From NCBI GenBank assembly GCA_963740315.1, contig CAVUDP010000004.1, positions 928,001 through 992,000 on the forward strand: DNA of 64,000 nucleotides, read 5' to 3'. Each line of letters begins with the position of its first letter. The first letter of the stretch is position 1. Origin of the DNA: an uncultured cyanobacterium (lineage in GTDB: Bacteria > Cyanobacteriota > Cyanobacteriia > Cyanobacteriales > Nostocaceae). The position numbers were made by a program, and so were the translations under genes. The notes under the pieces were generated by a model that had not been told where the DNA came from, searched no databases, and was given only the letters and a program-made list of their open reading frames with translations. Positions 1 to 11,640 of this stretch are shown piece after piece.

Positions 1-889
1 AATATTTATCCAGTTCTGGTTCCAGTTCCAAACTGTCAGAAACATCAGCACACAACCACTGTAAAAATGTTTTTAAATCAGCCAGGGTATTAACATCAGC
101 TTGTTTTAAATCTAATTTTGCTGTTTGATAACCTTGTTCTCTAGAATAGCCGAGCAATTTTTCCAAAAGCAAAGTTTTCCCCATTTTCTGCGCTGCTTTG
201 ATGCGAATTAGCGCTCCGGGTTGCAAAATTGCTGTAGAGCATTTTTCTTCAATGTTCTGACGTTCAATATATATTGTCGCTGCTTCCGTAGGATTTTGTG
301 GAGGTGTTTTTGCAGAATTCCGTGCGATAAATTGGGGTGTGTGTTGCTCCGGTATTCCTGCTATCCCAATCAAATTACAACCTAATTTATAAGCAAACTC
401 ATAATTTTGTCCCGCTCCCAGAGCATCATAAAAACCCACCGCAAATTCAATCGCTGCTTTATCTCCAATTACTTGACTCATCCCCACTACATAATCAATA
501 TACTGAGATATTTCCAAAGCCTGGTATTCTGAGTAACAAGCATTCAGGACAACACACTCAACTTGCTCGCTAAATAATTGGAACAATCTAGCTAAAGCTT
601 CTGCATCAACTAATTTCATTTGACCAGATTCATCTTCAAAAGCCAAACCATCTTCACCAGTTCCATGTCCACAAAAATGAATAATCTGCGGTTTATATTC
701 CAGAATTGCTCTGTGTATATCCCTATAGCGTACTGCTTGTGCAACTGATATTGAATATTCGTCGCGCTTTTTTGCTCGCTTCAACCCTTCCTCAATCTCC
801 CGCATCTCCTCATTTAGACGCGAGAAACTAGTACCTTTGGGGTTTGCTGACAGAAGCAAAATTTTTCGAGTTTGATTATTTTCACTCAT
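1..889 (-). CDS. CHAT (caspase-like) domain + AAA_35 NTPase protein, runs off window start (not in ORF track)
   Basis: Manual translation from ATG at 889: MSENNQTRKILLLSANPKGT...IIHFCGHG...VVLNACYS (CHAT His/Cys motifs), then YIERQNIEEKC...LIRIKAAQKMGKT (AAA_35 Walker A). Confidence 0.88.
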   Translation of the reverse strand, partial: MSENNQTRKILLLSANPKGTSFSRLNEEMREIEEGLKRAKKRDEYSISVAQAVRYRDIHRAILEYKPQIIHFCGHGTGEDGLAFEDESGQMKLVDAEALARLFQLFSEQVECVVLNACYSEYQALEISQYIDYVVGMSQVIGDKAAIEFAVGFYDALGAGQNYEFAYKLGCNLIGIAGIPEQHTPQFIARNSAKTPPQNPTEAATIYIERQNIEEKCSTAILQPGALIRIKAAQKMGKTLLLEKLLGYSREQGYQTAKLDLKQADVNTLADLKTFLQWLCADVSDSLELEPELDKY

Positions 890-1295
890 GAGCAACTCGA
901 ATAACAGACAGGGTATCGGACTGAGAACACGTAATGATTCAAATCATACAAGTTAAGTATGTGGTTTTTCTGCTTAAAAAGCAATATTACTCATTTGTGT
1001 GAAAAATAACAAACTCCCAAACGACTTATTGTATAAAATTTGTTAGCTGCACAGCCAAAAGCTAGATTAATACGTAAAATGTCATTTCTCGTAGGAAAGC
1101 TATATTTAAGTATTTAAATAAATTTAAGTCACTATACAACCCGCAATAGGATAATATATTTATCTAAAAAAGCGGTATCATTAGATGCCATTACTCCCAG
1201 AGCGTTGTTTTTTTGACTTTCAAGCATAAGTAGATACTGAAAAGTTTATTGTGAATTACAGAGAAGCAAATCAATAATTTTCCCAAACAAAGCCT

Positions 1296-1649
1296 ATGAT
1301 GCATTTTCTTTTGACTTGGCTTGGCACTGCGGTGTCATTGCTAATTACCGCTCATATTGTTCCTGGATTCGTAATAAAAACTTTTGTTGCAGCCTTGGTT
1401 GCAGCTGTAATTGTAGGTTTAGTTAATGCTTTTATCAGACCTATTTTAAGCATTTTAACATTTCCTATAAACTTACTTACCTTTGGATTATTTACCTTTG
1501 TTATCAACGGATTTACCCTTTGGCTAGCAAGTATTTTTACTCCCGGTTATGGTTTTATAATAGATGGACCTTTACCTGCTTTACTGGGTTCGATAGTACT
1601 AGCAATAGTTTCTAGCGTAATTAATTATTTCTTAAGAGCAGTTGATTGA
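1296..1649 (+). CDS. Phage holin family / YvlD-like 4-TM membrane protein
   Basis: GLVNAFIRPIL..LTFPINLLTFGLF.FVING motif. Confidence 0.85.
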   Translation: MMHFLLTWLGTAVSLLITAHIVPGFVIKTFVAALVAAVIVGLVNAFIRPILSILTFPINLLTFGLFTFVINGFTLWLASIFTPGYGFIIDGPLPALLGSIVLAIVSSVINYFLRAVD

Positions 1650-1838
1650 AAAGTTATTAGTTTTAAACTTATTTATACTTTTCATGCATTAAGGAACTAT
1701 TAATTTGTGAGAATTGAAAAACCCGGTTTTTGAAACGAACCGGGTTTATTATTTATTATATTTTGTAGTGATAATCGAATTAAAAAACATCAGATGGAAA
1801 CCGTACAAACTTAAATTAATTTTATTTTCAATCAACTT

Positions 1839-2065
1839 GTAGGTTGGGTTAGGGGCACTCAGAATGATGTTATTCAACTAGTAATTCAACTTGCACCGTA
1901 ACCCAACATCTTAATTATTTATTATTTATTATTTATATTTTATTTATGACCTAAACTTTTTCAAAGATATTTTATCTGTTTAAAGTATTGATGTTGGGTT
2001 ACGACACGATAAACATAGAATATCGTTACTAATTAAAGTTGTTCTTCGTGTTTAACCCAACCTAC
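1839..2065. repeat. Inverted GTAG-REP doublet (REPIN-like)
   Basis: GTAGGTTGGGTTAG...CGTAACCCAACA and TGTTGGGTTACG...TAACCCAACCTAC. Confidence 0.75.
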
Positions 2066-2250
2066 CATTAACTTTATATTATTTTTAATCGGTTCTAGGT
2101 GCCGACTTTAATCGTTACACATTACTCAAAATGCGATCGCAATGCAAATCAGCAGTTGAAGTGGATGCTGTTCGTTTTAATTAATTTGTTAGATAGACCA
2201 AATTTTTGTAGAGACGTAATATATTACGTCTCATACATCGCTCTACATTT

Positions 2251-3174
2251 TTAATTCGTACTATGTTTGGTGTTATACCTAACTCTAGTTCCTGCCCAGA
2301 GCAATTTCTCACGCAAAACCTGATAGTACGAATAGTTTTCCCGTAAAATAATGAACTTAGACCGACAATCTGCCATGCGTACATCTACGCGGTGTCCGGG
2401 CCATATCGAAGTGGCTAAAACGCCATCAGTCCACAGCTTAGTACTTAAATCAAAATCTCCCAAGGGCCAAATACTAACTACCGAACCCGGAGGTAAAACA
2501 ATAGGGCGACTTGAAAGACTCATCGGACATATAGGAGTGATGGTAATCGCTTCCATACCATCGTGCATTATCGGACCGTTTGCAGAAACCGTATAGCCTG
2601 TAGAACCTGTAGGGGTAGAAATAATTAACCCGTCTCCCTGATATTGGTCAACGACCTCATTATCAATTTCCAATTCCAAAATTGACGTGATCATGCGGTC
2701 TGCGGAAGCTGGTTTGACACACATTTCGTTCAAAGCCAGGTAGTTTTCCGTTATCGGTTCCAAATTTGAACCATGTCCCTCATATACAGCAGCTTGCAAC
2801 ATCATCCGCCGCTGTATAGCATAACGGTCTTCTAGCAGTCTATCCCAAACTTGTTCGGTATCTTGAAACTCTTCTACTGACTCAGTTAAAAATCCTAAAT
2901 GACCCCCTACATTCACAGCCAGAATAGGAACGCCAGCCTGGGCTAAATGTCTTGCACCAGTTAAAACAGTTCCATCACCACCAAGTACTATTGCCAGGTC
3001 AATTTGTTCGGTCGCCGAAGCTAAAAAAACCGGGTATGGATTATCTTTGGGACCGCTTGGACCCATTAATACATGGCATTTACGATGTTCTAACTGGCTG
3101 GCACAGATTTCAGCCCAGCGTTTGCTTTGAGGATCTCGCGCCTTGTAGGCAATAATTACTTGCTTAAGCTCCAC
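2251..3174 (-). CDS. nadK: NAD(+) kinase
   Basis: GGDGT, NE and TPTGSTGY motifs; follows ndhE. Confidence 0.95.
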   Translation of the reverse strand: MELKQVIIAYKARDPQSKRWAEICASQLEHRKCHVLMGPSGPKDNPYPVFLASATEQIDLAIVLGGDGTVLTGARHLAQAGVPILAVNVGGHLGFLTESVEEFQDTEQVWDRLLEDRYAIQRRMMLQAAVYEGHGSNLEPITENYLALNEMCVKPASADRMITSILELEIDNEVVDQYQGDGLIISTPTGSTGYTVSANGPIMHDGMEAITITPICPMSLSSRPIVLPPGSVVSIWPLGDFDLSTKLWTDGVLATSIWPGHRVDVRMADCRSKFIILRENYSYYQVLREKLLWAGTRVRYNTKHSTN

Positions 3175-3178
3175 GAAA

Positions 3179-3484
3179 CTACCACTTTAGGAGGTTAAAC
3201 TGTTCCATATCAACAGTATCGCGATTACGGTATATTGCCAATACAATCGCCAAACCTACCGCTGCTTCAGCCGCCGCGACAGTAATTACAAACACGGCGA
3301 AAACTTGACCTTTAATTAATGTTGGGTCCAAGTAGTTGGAAAAAGCCATCAAGTTCAAATTAACCGAATTTAGCAAAAGTTCAATCGACATTAACACCCG
3401 TACCGCATTCCGACTGGTGACAACACCAAAAATACCGATACAGAATAGAGCGGCAGATAGTAATAAAAAGTACTGAAGTTGCAT
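3179..3484 (-). CDS. ndhE: NDH-1 subunit E (NuoK)
   Basis: [20 protein letters not shown]. Confidence 0.97.
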   Translation of the reverse strand: MQLQYFLLLSAALFCIGIFGVVTSRNAVRVLMSIELLLNSVNLNLMAFSNYLDPTLIKGQVFAVFVITVAAAEAAVGLAIVLAIYRNRDTVDMEQFNLLKW

Positions 3485-3613
3485 GGTTATTTGCTATTCC
3501 TTTAAAAATCAATTATCAATTATCAGCGATTGATTATCAATTACCAGTTACCAGTTATTAAGGGGAAGGTAGGATTCATCAATAATCAATTGTTCATTGA
3601 TAATTGTTCATTG

Positions 3614-4219
3614 TTATTTGTCTTCGCTTTGGGCTGATACTAATTCTCTCGGACGTTCGGGCAATTGTAAAACAGTTTGTGGCATTTGGTCGTCCGTTTC
3701 TTGGGGAGGTAAGTACTCGCGACGAGCTAATATTATTGCTCCTACCATCGCCATCAATAGTAAAATCGAAGCTAATTCAAAAGGTAACAAAAAGTCAGTA
3801 AAGAAATGCTCGCCAATTAAAACTATCGAATTTTGAACGGGAGTAGCCGTAGAATTAGCCCAAGGTGTTGCTAGAACCATCGTACTTAAAAGTGCAAATA
3901 ATCCTAAACTAACTAATGCTGTTGTCCCTTTCCTGAGCCAGGAGTTCGGTAAAGGTGAGTAATTTTCTTGTTTGTTCACCAACATAATGGCAAACAAAAT
4001 TAATACGTTAACTGCCCCTACATAAACTAGCAATTGGGCTGCGGCTACAAAGTCCGCATTCAGCAGCAGGTATAATCCCGCAATACTAATAAATACGCCC
4101 CCCAGCGTAAAAGCAGAGTAAACAATACTATCAAACAGCACAACTCCCAGCGCCGTCGCAATCATCATCGCAGCCAATATGGCAAACGAAACTATCTGTA
4201 CTCCATCAGCTAAATCCAC
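3614..4219 (-). CDS. ndhG: NDH-1 subunit G (NuoJ)
   Basis: YVGAVNVLILFAIML, PFELASILLL. Confidence 0.97.
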   Translation of the reverse strand: MDLADGVQIVSFAILAAMMIATALGVVLFDSIVYSAFTLGGVFISIAGLYLLLNADFVAAAQLLVYVGAVNVLILFAIMLVNKQENYSPLPNSWLRKGTTALVSLGLFALLSTMVLATPWANSTATPVQNSIVLIGEHFFTDFLLPFELASILLLMAMVGAIILARREYLPPQETDDQMPQTVLQLPERPRELVSAQSEDK

Positions 4220-4346
4220 TTTTTTGATCCTTCGTTGTTGATTGTTAGCTATTTATTAGTTGTTAGTTGTTAGTTGTTAGTTATTAGTTATTTTTTTAAT
4301 TATTAACTCATAACTTATAACTCCGGTAGTCCGGCGATCGCCTCAA

Positions 4347-4937
4347 CTAACCTTTAACATTTTCTTCTTCTATTAAGTCTTCGGGGAAAGCGCCAGCGCG
4401 AGGTGCATCGGCTGGTAGATCGTGGGGTTCCATCACACCTTTAGGAAGGTAAATTAATTCGCGCAACGGTGTTACCATTGGGTCATTTGTGACTTTATAA
4501 GGCAGACGACCGAGGGCAACGCTATCATAATTCAACTCGTGACGGTCATAAGTAGAAAGCTCGTAATCTTCTGTCATTGATAGACAGTTAGTCGGACAAT
4601 ACTCTACACAGTTACCGCAAAATATGCAAACTCCGAAGTCAATACTGTAGTGATTGAGCTTTTTCTTTTTGCTGACTTTGTTAAATTCCCAGTCCACTAC
4701 AGGTAGGTTAATCGGACATACCCGAACGCAAACCTCACAAGCAATACATTTATCAAACTCAAAATGGATTCTACCGCGAAAGCGTTCGCTAGGAATTAAC
4801 TTCTCGTAAGGATACTGCACCGTAACGGGACGGCGCTGCATGTGATCGAAGGTAACGGCTAAACCTTGACCAATATAGCGAGTGGCTTCCCACGTTTCTT
4901 TACCGTAATCAACAACTTGCTTGAGGAACTTTAACAT
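4347..4937 (-). CDS. ndhI: NDH-1 subunit I
   Basis: Two CxxCxxCxxxCP 4Fe-4S motifs; TVQYPYEK. Confidence 0.97.
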   Translation of the reverse strand: MLKFLKQVVDYGKETWEATRYIGQGLAVTFDHMQRRPVTVQYPYEKLIPSERFRGRIHFEFDKCIACEVCVRVCPINLPVVDWEFNKVSKKKKLNHYSIDFGVCIFCGNCVEYCPTNCLSMTEDYELSTYDRHELNYDSVALGRLPYKVTNDPMVTPLRELIYLPKGVMEPHDLPADAPRAGAFPEDLIEEENVKG

Positions 4938-5157
4938 TATTGTGTCTCCTTAAAATTTTGGATTTTAGATTTTAGATTTTAGATTTATGAGCTAATCCGA
5001 AATCTCTAATTAGTTTATTTACCAAAAGCAATGCTCAAAGTTGCTTTCAGATTCAGATTCTAGATTTAAGAACTAATTCAAAATCCAAAATCTGTCTTGG
5101 AAAGTTTTGGGGGAAGAAAATCTACACCCCAAACTTTCCGCAAAATCTAAAATTGAT

Positions 5158-6276
5158 TCATCCACCAAAGGCGAAGGGAAAAGCTAATTTTAATGCTGCG
5201 GTTAACAGCAAGTTAACTAAACCGATGGGAAGCAAAAATTTCCACCCTAAATCTAACAGTTGGTCAATGCGAACTCTTGGCACAGTCCAGCGCAATAAGA
5301 TAGCTAGAAATACTAAGAAGTAGGCTTTGAGTACGGTCATTGTAATACCTAATGAAGCCGTGACTACCTGGAAAACGGGGTTAGCTTCACTCACTCCCAA
5401 CCAACCTGCAATCAAGTTTAAGGGAATCGGAAAATCCCAACCACCAAGATATAAAACCGATACCAATAAAGCAGACAATACCAAATTTACATAAGAACTC
5501 AAGTAAAACAAAGCGAATTTCATGCCAGAATATTCGGTTTGATAACCTGCTACGAGTTCCTCTTCTGCTTCTGGTAAGTCAAAAGGCATACGTTCGCATT
5601 CTGCCAAAGCTGATATCCAGAAGATAATGAAACCTGCTGGTTGTCGCCAAACGTTCCAACCCAAAATACCGTAGCCGGATTGTTGGTTGACAATATCAAC
5701 GGTGCTGAGGCTATTTGACATCATGACGACTGCTAATACTGCAAGCGCCAAAGGTATTTCATAACTAATCGATTGTGCAGCGGCTCGCAACCCCCCTAAG
5801 AGAGCATATTTATTATTTGATGCGTAGCCAGCCATTAATAAACCAATCGGCTGAACGGAAGAAAGAGCAATCCATAAGAAAACTCCCATTCCCACATTGG
5901 TTATCAATAAATTTTGTCCAAACGGCACAATTAAATAGGACAGAAATACCGGCAACACTACGATGATCGGACCGAGTGTAAATAACAAAGAGTCAGCTTT
6001 TGCCGGTATTATATCTTCCTTAAAGACTAACTTAAGACCATCCGCTACTGGCGCAAGCAAACCCAAAGGACCGATATATTCAGGACCAATCCGCTGCTGG
6101 GCTGCTGCTGAAATTTTTCGCTCTTGCCAAACACACACCAGCACCCCTACAGTGGCACCAATGAGCATTAAAACCATCGGCAAGGGCATCCAGATGGCTT
6201 TAGCTGTACCCGCAGGCAGTCCCAAATCCATCAAGCTTTGAATAAAAGTTCCTTGCAGATCAATTCCTGAATTCAT
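5158..6276 (-). CDS. ndhA: NDH-1 subunit A (NuoH)
   Basis: [29 protein letters not shown]. Confidence 0.97.
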   Translation of the reverse strand: MNSGIDLQGTFIQSLMDLGLPAGTAKAIWMPLPMVLMLIGATVGVLVCVWQERKISAAAQQRIGPEYIGPLGLLAPVADGLKLVFKEDIIPAKADSLLFTLGPIIVVLPVFLSYLIVPFGQNLLITNVGMGVFLWIALSSVQPIGLLMAGYASNNKYALLGGLRAAAQSISYEIPLALAVLAVVMMSNSLSTVDIVNQQSGYGILGWNVWRQPAGFIIFWISALAECERMPFDLPEAEEELVAGYQTEYSGMKFALFYLSSYVNLVLSALLVSVLYLGGWDFPIPLNLIAGWLGVSEANPVFQVVTASLGITMTVLKAYFLVFLAILLRWTVPRVRIDQLLDLGWKFLLPIGLVNLLLTAALKLAFPFAFGG

Positions 6277-6812
6277 TTTTATACTCTTGAAGTTAACTCA
6301 AGCTTGACACGACGACCCGCGACAAAGCACGGGATTATTAATCAGAACGAGCATCTAAACAAATGTTTATATAACTCGAACCAAAGAGCGATCGAACAGT
6401 TTACCCGAATTCAACCGTAGAGCAACAGGCGGTGCCAATTGCCTTACTTGTAGCGCTTCTTGCGCTTAGTATTTGCTTACTCTTATGAAGTATGAAGTGC
6501 TACAGAAACTCTTTTATACTTCATGTACCGCATTGGATATTTACAACTATTTATACTTATTAATAAGTGTAAAGTAACCCAACAATATCTTTACCCATTA
6601 CCCAAAAAAAGGCAAAATTTGAGATTTTTTGGGATGACCATGCCTAGTATATCGCTCTAAGGCTTGCTGTTCTCTCACCCAAGTAAGAGGTTCTACTTAT
6701 CTTATGGATAAAGATTTCTTTGGTGAGGTGATGGGGTGATGGGGTGAAGGTGATTAAAAATAATTGGGGTTTTCTCATCATCTCCAGTGCCCAATGCCCC
6801 ATGCCCAATTCC

Positions 6813-7955
6813 CTATTTAACCCGTTCGTTTATATGAACGTAATCAACGTTGTGGCGACCGTTGTAAATTTGTCCGGGACGGAAAATTCGGTTTTGTACC
6901 AATTGTTCTTTCCAATGCGCTAACCAACCAGCAACGCGAGCCATAGCAAATACTGGTGTAAAAAAGTCTGTTGAAATGCCTAGTTTTCTATACACTAAGC
7001 CGGAGTAGAAGTCAACATTGGCATAAATTCCTTTGTGACCTAATTTTTCTTCTACTACTCGTTCCATTTCTTGGGCAATGTCATAGTACTTGTCATACCC
7101 AACTTTGGCAAATAGTTCTTCTGCCAAGTTTTGTAAAATTTTTGCGCGTGGATCTTTGACTTTGTAGACGCGATGACCAAAACCCATTATTTTAGATTTT
7201 TTTTGAATGCAATCTAAAACGTAAGGGCGGACATTTTTTGTAGAACCAATTTCTTCTAACACCCGAATTACTTCTTCATTTGCACCACCATGTAAAGGTC
7301 CTCCCAAGGTTCCTACTGCACTTGCAACTACTGCATAGGGATCGGTAAGAGTGGAAGCTGTCACCCTGGCGCTAAAGGTGGAAGCATTCATGGTATGTTC
7401 GGCATGAAGTATCAAGCAGACATCAAATATTCGCGCCGCTATCGGGTCTGGTTTTTCCTCGTGCAGCATATACAAAAAGTTGGCGGCATAGTCTAAATCA
7501 TCGTGAGGACGCACGGGATCGTCACCTCGTCGCATCAACTCGAAAGCCGCTACCATTGTAGGAATACTTGCTAGCAGACGGACAACAGCATCTCTAATGT
7601 AAACTGGATTATTTAAATCGCGGCGCGAATAAAATAAACCTAATGCTGCTGCTGAAGCTTGCAAAACATCCATTGGATGACCGCTTTCAGGAAAACACTT
7701 CATCATGTCCCGAATGCGGTATTTTATCCTTCTATTTTGATGAACTTCATGTTCAAATAATGCTAATTCTTCTTTTGAGGGCAGTTCGCCCCAAATTAGC
7801 AGGTAAGCAGTTTCTAGAAAAGTACTCTTTTTTGCTAGTTCTTCAATCCGGATGCCACGATATTCCAATATTCCCTTTTGCCCGTCAACATTGCTAATAC
7901 TGGATTGGGCAGCGGGAACTCCATCCAATCCGGGCTTAAATTCGCAAACCATCAT
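6813..7955 (-). CDS. gltA: Citrate synthase
   Basis: LHAEHTMNAST, GPLHGGAN, MGFGHRVYK, NVDFYSG. Confidence 0.96.
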   Translation of the reverse strand: MMVCEFKPGLDGVPAAQSSISNVDGQKGILEYRGIRIEELAKKSTFLETAYLLIWGELPSKEELALFEHEVHQNRRIKYRIRDMMKCFPESGHPMDVLQASAAALGLFYSRRDLNNPVYIRDAVVRLLASIPTMVAAFELMRRGDDPVRPHDDLDYAANFLYMLHEEKPDPIAARIFDVCLILHAEHTMNASTFSARVTASTLTDPYAVVASAVGTLGGPLHGGANEEVIRVLEEIGSTKNVRPYVLDCIQKKSKIMGFGHRVYKVKDPRAKILQNLAEELFAKVGYDKYYDIAQEMERVVEEKLGHKGIYANVDFYSGLVYRKLGISTDFFTPVFAMARVAGWLAHWKEQLVQNRIFRPGQIYNGRHNVDYVHINERVK

Positions 7956-8130
7956 GGCAATACCATCTTTTGTTTGAAAGATTTTATAGAGTTAACTTAC
8001 CAGAAAGTTTTACCACCATAACAGTATCCTTTAATACAAAATATTTGGAGATAAAAGTTAAATAGCTGCTAAAAGGATGTTTATAAAGTCAAATTAAATA
8101 CTTTACCTAGCGAATATTTTCAAAATATCC

Positions 8131-8625
8131 TTAGAGCAAGTACTTAGGTGGTGTCAACCAAAACATCTCACAGCCACCCACGAGAGGGGCGCTAGGGGGT
8201 GTTTCTATTCCAATCATACCTGCTTTTTTCAGGACTAAGCTGTCTTTAGCTTCACCCCAAACTAAAATTTCAGCCCAATTGCTCAAACATGGCTCGTGCC
8301 CGACTAATGCTAAGCAAGTGGAAGGTGGATAGTTTTTAGGCGTTAACCACTCTGCAATCCAAGAAAGGATACTACCACCAGGAGCAAGATAAGAACATTG
8401 TTCTAACTGCGAACTTAGTCCCGTTGAAATCAATATTTCCGCTGTTTGATAGGCTCTTACCAAAGGACTTGTAGCAATCAAATCAAAACTCAAATCCAAG
8501 TCTTTTAAACGCTGGGCAACTTTTTCCGTTCTTTGTCGCCCATGTTCGGTGAGGCTTCGTTCCTCATCTCTGAGGGAGCTTGTAGCTTCTTGTGCGATAC
8601 CATGACGAATTAAGTATAGTTTCAC
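8131..8625 (-). CDS. sixA: Phosphohistidine phosphatase
   Basis: LIRHG, SPLVRA, LVGHEP. Confidence 0.92.
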   Translation of the reverse strand: MKLYLIRHGIAQEATSSLRDEERSLTEHGRQRTEKVAQRLKDLDLSFDLIATSPLVRAYQTAEILISTGLSSQLEQCSYLAPGGSILSWIAEWLTPKNYPPSTCLALVGHEPCLSNWAEILVWGEAKDSLVLKKAGMIGIETPPSAPLVGGCEMFWLTPPKYLL

Positions 8626-8652
8626 AGCGTAATTATTATAAAAATAAAAACA

Positions 8653-9945
8653 TTATTCATCATCGGATGAGATGGGATTGTCTTTAGGATTAACTAATTT
8701 CGACAACTTTTGCTTAATTTGGGTATCGTATACTTCCCATTTCATTTTTGCATAAGCTGAATTTTCGTTACCTCCAGATAAAAAACCCATCGGAATTTCA
8801 AAACCTCCGGCACTGGTACGTCCACCACCAAAAAAACGACCCGCGCTATCTTGTCCAAAGGCTTCTTTAATAAATTCGTCGGGATCTAAAGTGATTTTAT
8901 TAGTTCTTAAAGAACCAATCACCACTTCTAATTCTTCATCTTCATCGTGAACTATACCGTAAACTACTGCGGTATGAACGTTGTCTTCTGTCACCAAAAA
9001 ATCAGCCGCTTGGGGGATTGCATCTCTATCGTCGTACCGTAAATAACCGACACCAGCAATTGAAAAATTATTTTGCACCATGCGATTTCTTAATGAACGT
9101 TCAATTACATCCATGACTCGCTTGGAACGATTTGCCCGCAGTATGGTGTTGAGCAACTGTCCGTCATAAAATCGGCTTAGATAAGCCGCTGCCATGAAAT
9201 CCTCTTCTTTAGCCTGCATCAGTCGATTCGTATCTGAATGCAAGCCGTGCATCAAGGCTGTGGCACAGTTGACGTGTTCGCTCATGCTGCTATCTAGCTC
9301 TAGCAAACCCGATTGTAGATACTGAGTAAAAATTGTTGCCGTTGCTCTGACTGCGGGACGTATGTCAACAAACTCTGATTTAAAGTCACCTTGCAAGTTA
9401 TGGTGATCTACGATCGCTATCAAAGGAATACCCGCTTCCTGAATTGCATTTATTAAAGTGGAAGTTGTACCTTGATTATCGACTAATACATAACCTTGAT
9501 ATGCTGATAAGTCGCGATTCTTGATACTTTGTAGGGGAGTACGGGTTGCTGGTAAGTTCGTGAGCTTTACTAAAGCAATATTTTCTTGATGGGAAAGAGT
9601 TCCAGCGTAAGTAATATCGCACTTGATATCGTATTGCTCGGCAATCAACTGGTACGTCCAAGCTGAAGAAAGAGCATCCGGGTCGGGGAAATCTTGTAAA
9701 ATAATTATTTGGCGCTCGTGTTGGTGTGCTTTGAGCGTCTGTAATAATTGTTCGGATTTTTGGGTAGCTACGGAATTACTACGAAAACCTGCTTTGTAAT
9801 TACTGTTATCAGCTACCATCGTCCCAACAGAATTCTTCGATGGAGGCGATACTTGTTGCGAATCTTGATTAATCTCAACATCTAAGGTTGATTCTGGTGT
9901 CAATTGTAAATCCTCAACCTGCTTATTAGAAGAATTTAGTTGCAT
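8653..9945 (-). CDS. DHH family phosphoesterase (NrnA-like)
   Basis: DPDA, VDN, DHH, SDT and GGG motifs. Confidence 0.88.
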   Translation of the reverse strand: MQLNSSNKQVEDLQLTPESTLDVEINQDSQQVSPPSKNSVGTMVADNSNYKAGFRSNSVATQKSEQLLQTLKAHQHERQIIILQDFPDPDALSSAWTYQLIAEQYDIKCDITYAGTLSHQENIALVKLTNLPATRTPLQSIKNRDLSAYQGYVLVDNQGTTSTLINAIQEAGIPLIAIVDHHNLQGDFKSEFVDIRPAVRATATIFTQYLQSGLLELDSSMSEHVNCATALMHGLHSDTNRLMQAKEEDFMAAAYLSRFYDGQLLNTILRANRSKRVMDVIERSLRNRMVQNNFSIAGVGYLRYDDRDAIPQAADFLVTEDNVHTAVVYGIVHDEDEELEVVIGSLRTNKITLDPDEFIKEAFGQDSAGRFFGGGRTSAGGFEIPMGFLSGGNENSAYAKMKWEVYDTQIKQKLSKLVNPKDNPISSDDE

Positions 9946-10609
9946 AGCGAAATTTTTTGTAGCGTGAGCGGTTAGGATTCAAAAGCTTTGAAAATGACCT
10001 TTCGATTTTCATCTGCCAGAAACTAGAATTTTCGCGCTCTATGTACCAAAGCGCCAATATCTACATATATTGATTACGAGTTTTGATAGACCTTGCTTGG
10101 CTAATTTAATTGCTTAATGTTTTTGCTGCTTTTAGCTTTGTCGTGAAAAAAAAAGTTCTTAATCCCTCACGAATAATTAATTTACTATGTAGCAAAAATG
10201 CTATATTTTGCGGCGAACAGCACAAACTGTCTGCGACATAACATATTATACGCAATTTTTATCTAATTATCTCAACTTATAAGACCGTTAGTTATTTTAA
10301 AGCAATTTTGTATTAACTCTACATTTTATTTAATCTTTTTGGTTAATTTATTAGATGCACCCTACTTGCCGTTTTCTAAACATGATGTAGAATATTAAAG
10401 TTCTTGTCGCGGACTGGTTGCACAAGCATTGCATTAAATTGCATCGCTTTGATGGTACAGCCGTACAGCTATACTCAAAAGCCCATTTTAAATTTCGCCA
10501 ATTTCACGACAAAAACTTAACGGCAATTATCAAATTGTCGATTGTATTATCAGCCCGAAAGCCTGCTTTTAGGAAAGCAATTGCTCTATTGATGACAAAA
10601 AGAATTATG

Positions 10610-11107
10610 TCAAAGTCCTATGACATATTTTTGCCACTCTTGATGCAAACCACTTTTGAGATGCTTGCTGACCTCAAAGTAGAGGCTACTATAAGGTCTG
10701 CGTGGAGTATGATGCAATGGCATATGAGCTTCTTGCGGTGTACGGTTCCCCTTCTTAACATTGCAGCGAACGCAAGCTGTAACAATGTTCTCCCAGGTAT
10801 CGCCTCCACGACGCGATCGCGGTACTACGTGATCCAGTGTTAAGTCATCGCCCTTGTAACCGCAGTATTGACAAGTATGACCATCGCGATGCAATATATT
10901 CCGACGGGTTAAAGGAATTTCTTTATAAGGAACGCGGACGTAATAGCGCAACCTTATAACGGTTGGAAGCGGGAAATCTGAGTAAATAAATTTACCATTA
11001 TGTTCTACCCGCTCTGCTTTTCCTTTAATTACTAAAATCGCAGCGCGACGCCAGCTCGTTATATTGAGCGGTTCGTAAGAAGCGTTTAGGACTAAAACCT
11101 TTCCCAT
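10610..11107 (-). CDS. HNH endonuclease (McrA/HNH_5 type)
   Basis: RDGHTCQYCG, DHVVPRSRRGG, CVRCN..KG. Confidence 0.92.
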   Translation of the reverse strand: MGKVLVLNASYEPLNITSWRRAAILVIKGKAERVEHNGKFIYSDFPLPTVIRLRYYVRVPYKEIPLTRRNILHRDGHTCQYCGYKGDDLTLDHVVPRSRRGGDTWENIVTACVRCNVKKGNRTPQEAHMPLHHTPRRPYSSLYFEVSKHLKSGLHQEWQKYVIGL

Positions 11108-11442
11108 TGATAGTCGCTCAAGGTATTAGTTTTACATATATTAACACAAATTCACTCTGGTTTGGAATGAGTTGAATTTATACTTGCTACCATTTTCTTG
11201 ATAAGTTATTTGAAACGCAGTTAATAGTTAAACTATATATTTGTCTGAAATTACTTGCCTAGCCCCGAACATATGGCAGCACTCTAGACCATGCTAGCAG
11301 ATAAAAAGCTTTAATTTAATTGATAATAGAGAATGAGATCAAATAAGGTAATGCTTGCGATCGTTGCCCAACTCAAGCCTGCAAGTAAAAAATAATATAC
11401 AGCCGATTTCATTTTAGTGAGGTACAGGAAATATTGTTATAA

Positions 11443-11477
11443 GGGAGTAGGGAGTAGGGAGTAGGGAGCAGGGAGTA
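11443..11477. repeat. Heptamer tandem repeat (GGGAGTA)n, STRR-like
   Basis: Five consecutive copies, one imperfect. Confidence 0.85.
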
Positions 11478-11640
11478 AGAGAAATGTACAAAGCTGCAAT
11501 TTGCCTTCCTGCTGTATTAAGAATTAATAATTAACGATCTTGTATTCTCGACCTAAGTAACGATATTCCAAACTAACCCGATCGGCTTCTAACAAGAAGA
11601 ATAATTAATTGGTGACGAAGCCTGTTTAAAAGTGGTGTGA

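Noticed and set aside
1296..1649. Prophage, suggested by the 'phage holin' family name
   Set aside because: YvlD-type membrane proteins are common chromosomal genes; no phage genes nearby
10610..11107. HNH as homing endonuclease, IscB or restriction system
   Set aside because: Short standalone HNH with no RuvC, intron or methyltransferase context
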